DNA from: Mizuhopecten yessoensis
Taxonomy: Eukaryota
NCBI RefSeq assembly: GCF_002113885.1
Contig: NW_018480073.1
Coordinates: 1 to 64,000 of the forward strand
Direction of reading: 5' to 3'
DNA: 64,000 nucleotides
Under the pieces are notes generated by a model that had not been told where the DNA came from, did no database searches, and worked only from the letters and a program-made list of their open reading frames with translations. A program made the position numbers and the translations under genes. Positions 53,067 through 64,000 of the stretch are shown one piece after another. Numbering within the stretch: the first letter of the stretch is position 1; each line of letters opens with the position of its first letter.

Positions 53067-55383
53067 CAGACCCGTACACGTTCGCTGTTCCACTTTCAGC
53101 GTACCGTTTGCGTAGCATTTCCGTACCGTTTGCGTGGCACTTGCGTATCACTTGCAAAGCATTTCCGTAGTTCTTCCGTACCCTTACCGTAGCATTTCCG
53201 TAGCACTTGCGTAGCGTTTCCGTAGCACTTCCGTATCGTTTCCGTAGCACTTTCGTCTACATCTTTCCATTTAAAAAGCGTTTGTGAAACATTCGGTCGA
53301 AAATTTTACAGAATATATATTTGCCGAAACGAATTGTAAAAAAACAACATTATAAACCGCATTACATAAAAATTATTCCAACCATCATAATAATCTGAAG
53401 GGAAAAATCCACAAAAATGACGGTTTACACATACATGGACGTAACAGCCCTCCTCCCATGGGCCTACTGTATGTTCCCCACACCAGCATCTAGGCCTTAG
53501 TGGTAACTTAAATAACAGGCATACAGCTGGCCATGTGGTAATGACCTGTCCCTTGTTTAAGGTATAAACAAATTTGGTGTCCGTTATAAAGGTTGTTAGG
53601 ACAACATGACCCCCCGCTGACAGATATATTTCTTTCAATATGATATCTACATACCTGAGAATCTAGGCAGTGATAATGCATTGACCATTCACCTGTGGTC
53701 ACATTGGATTCTGATGTGCTGTACCTGATCAAGGTCACATTCTGTGATTTCAAGTCAATTAAGTCCATGTCAATTAATCCAGTTCATTGTCTATCCACCA
53801 CGTACAGCTGTATACAGGTAAATCAGTTCAAGGTAAAAACCTACAGGTAAGCTACTTTGGCTGTCCCTCGATCAGGAAATGACAGCCCCAGGCACAATTT
53901 CATTTCACAACAGTGCCTTAACAAAGGTAAACTAATATTTGGAACTTGGAATTCCTAATTTAATAATAAAAAAAAGTGCCTTATTAGGATATTTAACTTC
54001 TGACGTAGATGATTTGTTTTAAAACTAATCTATTTTTTTTTAATAATTTATCATGAGTTCTGTTATCAGTGAGCAAGGTTGAATACTAACCCTAATACGT
54101 AACAAACTTTTCATATCAGATTATTGAAAATGATGATATTTTTTCAGTAATCATTAAAAAAAATCATTATGAAGATAACTTTATTGTCATCATGTGACTG
54201 AGTTCCTGAGTAAATAGAGTGTTGTCTATAGCAGAGACATATATATTACAAAACGTCTCTGTCTATAGTAAGTTTGTTAACGGAGTGCCCTCTCTGTGTG
54301 TGATAATTATAAAGGTGTCAAAAATCAGTCAAGCGGTTCCGGGATAGTGTACCTATGAAATTACATGGTTCATTGAAAAAGATAATTGACCTTTAAACAG
54401 CTGACCAATTAGTACCACTTAGCGCTTTTAGCAAGTTACACAGTGGACAGTATATATCAGAGGCTGGGATTAACCAGGCCTAGGATATATTTGGAAATAT
54501 TATTTTAACGACAACAAGATTTATTAATTAATCAAAGAAAGGTTTATTGATATTTTTATATAATGTATACTTAAACAAGAATCAACTTCATTTTCATAAT
54601 AAAATAAAAGATGTATAACAAAAAAAACTGTGTATCTGTGAATGAAATTTAATTAATAGACATGGTATAACATGTATACATTTCAAATCTCCGATGCATG
54701 TATTTGCATGTACTAATAAATAAGCACATTATCGGTCTCCAAATCCTACGGAAAATCTAAAAGTGTATGGAAGTATTAAAGACGATATAAAAAATAGAAA
54801 TAGAGGTACTGGATCCTTAACACAGGAGTCTGAAATTATATCATTTTTCATTATTATTAGGCTAATTAATTATTACGTTTCTCGTTAAAAACAACCGTAA
54901 CAAGTTTACTTACTGTCAATATTAATTAGTACTTTATTCGGTAAGCAGGTAGAAATATCTCTGACCATAACTTATTATTATCTGAATGTCGCGTTGATCT
55001 GTTATTGTACGTCAGGTCTTTGTGATGGATATATTACATCGATCTATCTTTATCCTCGTAGCCTACAGTGTACTGACGTTTCTTCCTATGCATTGTGGGT
55101 ATGTTCGTTTCGTTTTAGATATTTCATATGCTTCCGCTTTTTATGTAAACCCGTTCTTGTCACCACAAACGAATCACCGTTTGTAAGCGTCATCCGTAGC
55201 ACTTCCGTACCGTTTGCGTAACACTTCCGTACCGTTTGCGTAGCACTTGCGTACCATTTCCGTACCGTTTGCGTAGCACTTGCGTACCATTTCCGTACCA
55301 TTTGCGTAGCATTTCCGTACCGTTTGCGTAGCACTTCCGTACCGTTTGCGTCCAAGGTGGAACAGCGAACGTGTACGGGTCTG
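53067..55383. mobile_element. 2.3-kb non-autonomous DNA transposon, 27-bp TIR CAGACCCGTACACGTTCGCTGTTCCAC, TA TSD, subterminal 11-bp arrays
   Basis: Perfect TIRs flanked by TA; ttgcgtagcac/ttccgtaccgt arrays at ~53100-53255 and ~55190-55350. Confidence 0.88.
54232..54261. mobile_element. 30-bp CAGAGAC hairpin insert, 7-bp TSD TCTATAG
   Basis: Exact TSD at 54225-54231 and 54262-54268. Confidence 0.8.
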
Positions 55384-55387
55384 TATT

Positions 55388-55538
55388 TCGTTAACATTGT
55401 ACAGATGTAATTACTAGTAATATCGTTGACATTGATCAGATGTAATTACTTGTAATATCGGTGACATTGTACATATATTATTACTTGTGATATCGATGAC
55501 ATTGAACAGATGTAATTACTTGTAATATCGGGACATTG
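55388..55538. repeat. 35-bp minisatellite (~4 copies; related copies at ~52686-52766)
   Basis: gacattgtacagatgtaattacttgtaatatcggt units. Confidence 0.85.
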
Positions 55539-55692
55539 AAAAAGCTATGCAAAAAGCATCAGCAGATTAACGTCACTATCGATAAACAGGTCAGAATTCA
55601 AAAATCTGTGGTCAACACATTATTCGAACGGTGTTGATAATGTACGTGATCGCATGACATTTCATATGTTTCAGATGTGCAAATGCACTTGA
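55539..55692 (+). pseudogene. 3' remnant of a fifth BTB paralogue (end of exon 5; homologous 3' flank continues to ~56870)
   Basis: Translates KSYAKSISRLTSLSINRSEFKNLWSTHYSNGVDNVRDRMTFHMFQMCKCT*; downstream sequence matches the 3' flanks of copies 2 and 3; no upstream exons seen. Confidence 0.85.
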
Positions 55693-58505
55693 AATTATGA
55701 AGTGGTGTGCGTCACATACCAAGAAACGACTGTATTACAATGCGGTTCATGAGATGGGATAACAAATAACCAATACGTGTTTAACGTATACCGATATGTA
55801 ACTGAACATACTTTGGATTTTATTCACTCCCCATTTAAGACAAAGAACGAATTATAGTTCCTAAACCGGAGTTATTTGTACCGGAAATATTACATTTAAA
55901 ACCAGACAAACTGGTTGGTCCTCATAAACGAAGATTCTCCTTTTTGTCGTAATAGATAAGTATGCTGTCGTTTTAAACATACAACAGTATGGTACGCTGG
56001 AATACATTCACACCACATATGTAATATACACTGTAGTATTCATAGTAATTAGTTTGTGTAAATACTGTTACTTGTACTTTGTTGTTTCCTAATATACTTT
56101 GTTTTGTGTGACATTTTTATAAGCAAAGAAGATAATATGTCTCGTATTATATGTTATGCAATCATAACATGGTATACATATGTAATAACTTTTAATAGCA
56201 TTCAATAAAAAGGAGATGTCATAAAAATTGATTTCATGTATGCAGCAACTTCGCTACTTAAAATGAGAAAAATTGTTGTATTTCTCATGACTGGAATTTA
56301 TAACATACATGAAATTATGTGCTAAGAAATACGAATATTATTATTATTATTATTATTTATTTTTTTTATATTTTTTTTTATATTTTTTTTATCGGAGACT
56401 TCTAATAAATCATTATTTCAGTTAAAATATACATTTACGAAATTGCTCAGCTATAAGACCTGGTCCCTAAATCTTTTAGTAATTATTGTCGTGCATTTAA
56501 ATGAACATTTGCCACGTTTTATATTTATTACGTCAGCATTTTTGTGATGTCAACGTGTATGTAACGTCTTATCTGTTGCAATGTTATTGGTTGGCGTTGT
56601 CTTGAAATAGGCAGTGGGAAGAACAAAAGGTTATTTCTTACACTATGTGAAACCAACACCTCGACCAATAACACGTAATTCCTGATTACACACATTTCAG
56701 GACAATAATACGAACTTTCTGACAATACCTTTAGCTAGCTAGACCTATTTCACGTGACATATTGGAATAGCGTTGTTTGCATCTATGTCACGTAACATAT
56801 ATAAATAGGGTATGATTACACTTATTTCACGTAACATATATAAATTGCTTTCGCCGTGGTCAAAGACAGTGTATTTAATAATAATACACTAATGTTGTTA
56901 CATTCTACTGATATGTAGATTACATCCATTTTATTAGACACGAGTTGGTTTGACGTAAATACATATTTATAAGAGAAATTTCTAATAACAATTTTCCAGC
57001 TACGACTGTGGCTCGAACATGCCGTTCAAATGGCCAAGGTGTTTGCAATTCTGGCTGTAAATTGAGATATATATCATATAAAAAATAAGGGTATTACTAT
57101 AAACAAAGTACAGGTATGCAACGCCTCAAATGACAACAATCACAAAAGTAGCTGAAATCGGAACAAAATACGGATAGCATTGTTATATATCGATTTCGCC
57201 AACATTATTAGACCCTCGCTACGCATGAATCATCGCTTACAGCTTTTAACCAGTTCTATTTCATCTAAAAACAGACTGAGATGACCTGTCATGAGCACCA
57301 TGCAGAAAAGTGTCGGCCATCTTTTTGCAGGTCCGGGAAGAATATTTTGGTAAACACTTTTATATATCGAATACTGTATATCGATTATATTTGTCTGACC
57401 CTGACTTTCAACTGTTTGGAAACAGACAAAACATTTAACATTTTAAATTGTTTTTTTATGACACAGAATATATATATATATAAAATCAATGATTTCACGT
57501 GAAACGGTGGTTACTTTTTATTGTCTCTGTTATAAATGAAAAAAAAAATAACAAGATGCAACCCAGACGGTCGGTATAAAAGCTGACGGATGCAGCAGCA
57601 AACTACAACTACACAAAAGTATCTAAGATTAAAAAATACATGTAGGTATAAGCTCCTTCAATAGACAATGGATTGCTGCAATGGCTTTGTTCCGACCTCA
57701 GGCCAGGAGTTCTGTACATTAGATTTCTATCCCTTCCCACAGTGATCTAACGTCTTATCGAAGGAAACTAAATAACATTTTTCTCACCGTTTTTCCAAAT
57801 ATAATTCTGCTTCCATGAACTGTTTAAGATACACCTAACAATAAGTCATCTTGTCATATCGGCGTGACTTATGTTAAGTTGACGCGGTATGAGGAGAAGG
57901 TCATTTGTGCTTCTTGACTTATTGTACGATAGGTAGGGAGCATTAGGAATAGTCAAATCTAACGTCGATACAACGATATTTCATTGTTTGTCACAAAGCA
58001 CGGGATAGTTTCAATATTTGAAAACAATTCAACAAATTAAAAAAAAAAAAATGGGGGAAACACGGTTTGGGCTTGTACAAGTCTATAACGGGGCCATGCG
58101 ACTTTAAAAAAAACTTCTTGTAAGTTATATCACGGAATTAGATTGTTATCTAAGTCTGTGGTTATATCTTGTATTTGGAAGCTGAGCATTCGCATTCACC
58201 CAAACTGAATCAATTATATCAAAGTTAGATGTTTGGCTGTGGAAATAGCATGAGGAATCGTTCTACGATACGTCTGATGGAAATCCCCCGATGCCGTGAT
58301 CGAATTTACCCGAATCGTTATTAAGATTCATTTACTCCGTCCAAAGCTGTAAATAAAAAAGGGGAACACCAAAAATGTTGAATTTGATTAGTTTTGAGAC
58401 GTTTTCATACAACCATTACCGAATACGCGACCAAACACTGTCACACGGCAATCCGGGACGAGATGAAAACTTTAGAGTGATCAAAGTTACCCAACCTTCC
58501 CCTTA

Positions 58506-58564
58506 TGCGCATGTGTAGAGCAGGATCATATCTTCCGTGTTGGCAGTGATACAATGGCGTAAGT
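58506..58564 (+). promoter_or_regulatory. First-exon module of copy 4
   Basis: TGCGCATGTG at 58506; ATGGC|GTAAGT at 58554. Confidence 0.55.
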
Positions 58565-60637
58565 ATTATTTTGTAACAGGACAGAGGTTCAGCTATCGTG
58601 CTATTTAACATAATAATATACGTGTTTGTATGCAGTATTTGCATCACTATCTATATAATTATACAATGTAGTCAATGTGCATCTTTGTTTGTTTGGGATT
58701 ACACCTCGTAACGTTTTCACAACAGTTAAAGTCATACAAAGGCTAGTTCAATGGGAGACCATAAACACGAAAATATAAGAAAGTGAAAAAAAATATCTGG
58801 ATCACAAATGTTACAATGGGGCCAGAAGACTTTTTCTTCTTCACTGACCACAACGCTGAAGAAAAGAACGGTTCTGCACGGGCTGCACATATATGTGGTT
58901 TATTTTTGTCGCCATGTGTGGGCCAGACTTTGTTCATAAAGAATCTTTATTTTAACACGTAATTTCCCATTATCGTATCTACTTCATGTCAAGTCTTACT
59001 CGTCGATAGTCTGTTTGGGATAAACGTACATGAGCAGACAGCTTAACTTGGGGTTGACGTATGTCGCCGTCTGATCTGTTACCAGTAGTTTAATGTTTCC
59101 TAATAATAGCTCGTTTACGTGTTACTCGTAGCGTTTGTGACCCACCTGTATACCTTGCGGCATCGGGTGTCACACTTTAAACTCACTGAATAAAGGATTT
59201 GCAAACAACAAATGCACATAGCCCGATTTAGGGCATCCTGGAAATCAAAACGAAAGTGAAATTGCATGATTTATGTCCTAAGATTTATTAACTTCTTCAA
59301 TTTACACTTGATCGGCAGAATTGTTTGGGCTTACAGCTCGTAACGTTCTCACAACAGCTAAAGTCATACAAAGGTAAGTGCTTTGGGGGACATCGCCGAG
59401 ACGAAAAAATCAGCAATTAAATAAAATGAAATAAATCTGGATCACAAATGTGGCAATGAGTCAACGGAATTTTTATTCATTGACCCCTTAGGAGAAGATA
59501 AAAAAAATCCAATTCTGCACGGGCTGCTCGGGCTGCAGATATATGTGATATTTGAAGTCTGATCTGTTACCGGTATTTCAAAGGTTACGTAGCTGAAGAA
59601 GAACCTTACATGGGATGATCTTTTACCTGTTACTTGTAGCGTTAGTGCCCTAACTGTATACCACACGTTATCGGTTGTCACCCTTTAAACTCGCCAAATA
59701 AAGGACTAGCAAACAACACATACATCTACTTTAGCTTGTTGTATTTTTTGGTATTTTAAATGAAGAAAACTGTGATATTATCTTAGAAATAATAAATGTG
59801 TAAATAAATAATGGCTATCTTTTAACTTACACATGTGTTTGACTACCAAGAGGACTGCGTGGCAGATTGGGTTCTTAAGCTAAACGTGTCTTTTATACTC
59901 TATAAATAAAGTGTTGTTTTTTATACATGTTAGGTACGAGTATACCTAAAGCCCAATTTAACGAAACCAAAACGAAAATGAAAGTACATCTCTTAATTCA
60001 AAAGTAATCAACAAGATTAGAATAAGTGTACCCAATCTGAAAAATCACCTTTTCCTGTGAAGGTTTAATAACATATAAACAAAAGTCAAAAAGCCACTAC
60101 AATTCAGAAAAAAACATCTTCAATACACGAGCGGAGTGATCCCTCCACTAAGAGTGATATGTGATCATCTCGTTAGAGACATATTTGGGTTACAGATTGT
60201 TACGTGAAAATAGATCGGGGCGGCCGTTGCGCTTTAAATCGAAGCAGGAACCCAGAAAAGGTTGCCTTTTTGTTTTGCTTTGTTATAGGTTTGCCGAGTT
60301 AAGAGTAGAGTCTGGCACTGTTCCCTATCGGCTGTCTTCAATTGATTAAGAAACAATTAATTGTTTACTATCGTTTATGACATCCAATCTCCACCTTATT
60401 GATCAGTAAGCTATAGTTATATACGTTAAGTGGATGTCTCCGTTTTAAGGGTTGTAGATAATGGATGCGATTTTTAACACGTATCTATTTTTATACAATT
60501 TGAAGAATAACAGTGTTAACATTTTAACTCTGAAAGACTGTAACTAATTATAATATAAATGTAATTTTGTATATTATATATTTTACTTTTTTTTCCGCCA
60601 GTTGATAAGTCAAACCAATTTTTTTTAATTTTTATAG

Positions 60638-60746
60638 AATGCAGGAACCTTCTGTCGTACTTCAAAACCAATGCGATGAAAGTTCAGAAAATGACAAAAA
60701 TCAGTCTTGTGATCACACCGAATCAGTGCCAATATTGGATATTGAA
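60638..60746 (+). pseudogene. Copy 4 exon 2
   Basis: tttatag|a acceptor; MQEPSVVLQNQCDESSENDK...ILDIE; 109 nt. Confidence 0.72.
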
Positions 60747-61205
60747 GTAACGGACGAAACATGTGTTGTAAGTAGCCTGACGCTTAAAACGTATGCTTTT
60801 ATCAATCGCTATAATATTTGGAAATTTGATATATATTGCAAGTTTTAAAGATGTTATTCATACACAAGTTCAGTTGATTATACTTTACAATGTAACTAAA
60901 AAAACCAAGAATATATAAAAACAAGCCCATGTCTATAGGAAGGATCACTATATGTGTTGGAAAAGGTATTCTTCTAAAGCGTTCGTAATTGACATCATGA
61001 ACGTAATCTGGTGAGTTCCTTACTTTAAATATGAATTCAGGGATGAAGCTTCGCAATTCAACATCTGTTTATAATTCCCATAATCACCGACTGATAGGAT
61101 ATAGTATCAATCGGATAGTGAGACTTTTGACAATGAATGAATAAAAGTAATGTACACTGAAAGAATTCTTTGAACATGTCCGTAAATACTTTCATCAAAT
61201 TTTAG

Positions 61206-61452
61206 GCTCCGATTGATCCAGGCTTCCTGCCAAACAATGTGATACTGGTAGTCGAAGAAAAAAATCTTCATGTAAACAAAGCCTTACTTGAATCAGCTTC
61301 ACCTGTTTTTGAAGCTTGGCTTAAGAAAGAGTGGCAACAAGACGAGTGCACTGACGACACAAAAAGGAAGCTGGAGTTCCATGGGAAAACATATGATGAG
61401 ATGGCCACATTCCTAAAATGTCTTCTGCCCTTTTTCCCTGACAAAGTTACAG
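61206..61452 (+). pseudogene. Copy 4 exon 3 (BTB), open frame
   Basis: Near-identical to 46081-46327; would use the ttttag acceptor at 61204-61205. Confidence 0.85.
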
Positions 61453-62170
61453 GTAATGATAAAAACGTGCTGTAACTATGATCATCTTTCTTTAGTAACA
61501 ATTTTAGTTTACAAAATAAATAATAGTATAAGCACATTTAATAGACTAAGAATAGGACTTGTTTAGTATTCATAATTGCACAGATTTGTCTCGGTCTCAA
61601 ATATTAAAAAACGGAAAGAAAAAAAACTCTATTGTTTGAAAACGTCTCGGATGTTTATCCCGCCTGTCAAGTATCAGCCTAGCGATGGGGCAGTTTTTTT
61701 CCTGCGACCAATCAAATAACTAATCGTGTGTCTTAAAGTTTGCCATGACATAACACAGAGGCTCAGAGAACGGAAGTGATCGAACGTAGCCCCCGGAGAA
61801 TCGATGTTGAAAGAGGGATAATAGTGTATCGATTGCATACTGAATTTATGGGATCATTTGCGGGCACGACAACTTTTGGTCGGTGATGATTCTTCAAAGT
61901 GTCGCAGTTCTTGGCGCTCAGAGCATAGATTGTTCACATTGTATAGGATATACTCTATACACGACGGAAACGCGGGATCACTCAATGATTAATGGTATTA
62001 CAGTCGTTATAGATAGTTACCAATGGAGTAACATTTCAGTCAAAACACATTTTAAAATAATGTTCAATTATTACCAAGACATAAATATCATCTACTAGGA
62101 TTATCTGTTTAAATGTGGAGGAAGATGGCGTAGAACCATATTTAAAATTTCATTTCCTGTGTATTTACAG

Positions 62171-62512
62171 ATGAAAATCTGGATACAATACTACCTTTAG
62201 CAGATGAGTATCGGACAGAAAACTTGATCACTGAATGTGTTGAAGTCATCCGACAACGCGTGGAGTCTGTCTCCGAGGCGGATGTTTACATACCGCCATC
62301 TCGAATTGTCACATACCTACTCTGGATCGACCAATATAATATCCACATGGGTAAAGAATGTGTTGTGAGGTTAGCTTCGTACCTGAAAACCTAAGAGCTA
62401 AAGGCAGTTGCAGACTACGAAAATGTCAGCCTAAGACTTCAACTGGATGTATCTAATGCCAGAGCCAAGCTACTTGAGAGTCTGTTTGTGTTCAGTGTAA
62501 CAGAAGCTGAAA
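62171..62512 (+). pseudogene. Copy 4 exon 4 with in-frame TAA
   Basis: 342 nt; ...YLKT*EL versus YLKTEEL in copy 3. Confidence 0.88.
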
Positions 62513-63082
62513 GTAAGCCTTTGTATCTAGTTTCATTTCATAGAGACATTTCACCTGACAAAAACAAGAGGATATTATGTTTGAAATAACATATCGTGAC
62601 ATTTTTTTCACCTACAATAATGGCGACTTCACAAACGAATTTTACAACAACCGTGATTATGCAGTTTTGACGTTAATCTTTCCCTTAGTAGTAACATTCC
62701 AGACCATCTGAACACACACATACACCCACACCCCCACACCCCCCTTTTAGGGAGTTTATATTATTTGCTTATTAAGGATCCCTATGCCTACAGTTGGACG
62801 GGTATCCTTAATAATCTATTTGAAGAATATGAGTGCTCTTGATAGCTATAAGTTTGTATGGGATTCCAATGTCTGCCGTGTTACAATGTTACAAGTTTCT
62901 TAGATCGTATTCCGTGCTTCCTTACCTGTTAACGAATACGAATGACTTTACCTTTTTTCTCTTGGATAGTACTTATATCGATGCTCTTTGTTAAATTAAG
63001 GTGTGGCGTTTGAATTATCATGTTAATATTATGTTAATAATTAATTAGCTTTTCATTATTTTTAATATATTTTTTGTTACAG

Positions 63083-63517
63083 GAAAGATGTACCAGTTCA
63101 AAATTCCAATCTCCACTCATTATATGGATGAATGGAAAAATAATGTAGTAGAAATTGTGGAGGCGTTTCTCACAACATCAACAACATCACCAAATACGGC
63201 TCCAGGCCAGTCAATGTTTCACATACCAAACATTCAAGCGGTCACTCCGGGTTTTGGTGTGCCCTTTGGGCAAGTGGTTAGCAACATGACGCCGCAAATT
63301 ATACCATCGATTGCAGATGTTGCTACCTTTGCATGCATATCTATTTGTGATCGGTTGAAACTCTCAAGAAGTTATGCAAAAAGCATAAACACTAACGTCA
63401 CTAAAGATAAACAAGGCAGAATTTAAAAAACGTTGGACAGCACATTATTCGACCGACGGTGATAAAGTACGCGATGGCATGGAACGACATGTACTTCAGA
63501 TGTGCAAATGCACTTGA
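63083..63517 (+). pseudogene. Copy 4 exon 5 with frameshift
   Basis: ttacag|ga acceptor; homologous frame resumes after 63391 and ends at TGA 63515-63517. Confidence 0.85.
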
Positions 63518-63912
63518 AATTATGAAGGTTTTGATACGGATTGTATACATATAGAAGAATCACACCAGACAGTGAAATCAAAAATCATAAAATCTTATGA
63601 TGAAGTGGTGTGCGACACATACAAAGAAATGACTGCATTATAATGCAGTTCCAGAACTGAGATCACTAACTGTCTGTACGTGGGTAACGCTAACCAATTT
63701 GTCAATGCATATTTTGAGCACACACTTTTGTTTTTATGCACTAGCCAGTTAAGACTAAGAACGAATTGTAGTTACATAACCGGTGTCATTAAATGCAACT
63801 TTGTGGGACAAAATTATCCAACATCAGTGTTTTACATGATATACACATGTATTTTATATACATAGAGTGGAGAGAAAGGCGTTATCAATTTTGGAATTTT
63901 GAAAGTAATAAT

Positions 63913-64000
63913 TAGGGTTGTCAAACCGGACGAATTTTAGTAACCGGTTACTCGAAAAAAATGTCCTACCAAGTAACCGGTACATCGGTCGGTTTGGTTA
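63913..64000. mobile_element. Possible left end of a hAT-like element running off the window
   Basis: TAGGGTTG start followed by aaccgg subterminal repeats; other end not visible. Confidence 0.35.

Larger units (their letters stand above)
58554..63517 (+). pseudogene. BTB/POZ-domain gene, copy 4, pseudogene
   Basis: Exons 58554-58558, 60638-60746, 61206-61452, 62171-62512, 63083-63517. GAA>TAA at 62392-62394; 2-nt deletion after 63391; ancestral exon-3 acceptor ctcag changed to ctccg. Confidence 0.85.

Noticed and set aside
52981-55397. Two similar minus-strand ORFs with RKxYxxAT repeats
   Set aside because: Products of the 11-bp subterminal arrays of the TIR element
62400-62700. Gene-conversion mosaic (copy 4 resembling copy 2 at the end of exon 4 and start of intron 4)
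   Set aside because: Equally explained by copy-3-specific substitutions and a deletion; cannot be separated without an alignment-based test

Overview
AT-rich, intron-containing animal genomic DNA, not prokaryotic. The repeat types (tRNA-derived SINEs, Helentron-associated elements with ~150-bp internal arrays, TTAA- and TA-targeting DNA transposons) suggest a marine invertebrate, probably a bivalve mollusc; this is an inference. The core is a + strand tandem array of four paralogous five-exon BTB/POZ-domain genes plus the 3' remnant of a fifth. Shared structure: a 5-nt ATG-NN coding micro-exon, a ~109-nt acidic exon, a 232-247-nt BTB exon, an invariant 342-nt exon, and a last exon with a hypervariable loop. 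Only copy 3 (41378/43709-52143) reads through intact. Copies 1 and 2 each have one frameshift; copy 4 has a nonsense codon plus a frameshift. Most unusual observations: (i) a 24-nt stem-loop motif shared by a LINE 3'UTR (three copies) and the LTR-like element it inserted into, with the insertion landing inside the motif; (ii) four 25-30 bp hairpin inserts with perfect 7-bp TSDs that resemble P-superfamily excision footprints; (iii) a chimeric 739-bp tandem array built from a neighbouring LINE segment; (iv) duplicated promoter/start-codon micro-exon modules. All calls are by eye; no searches were run.
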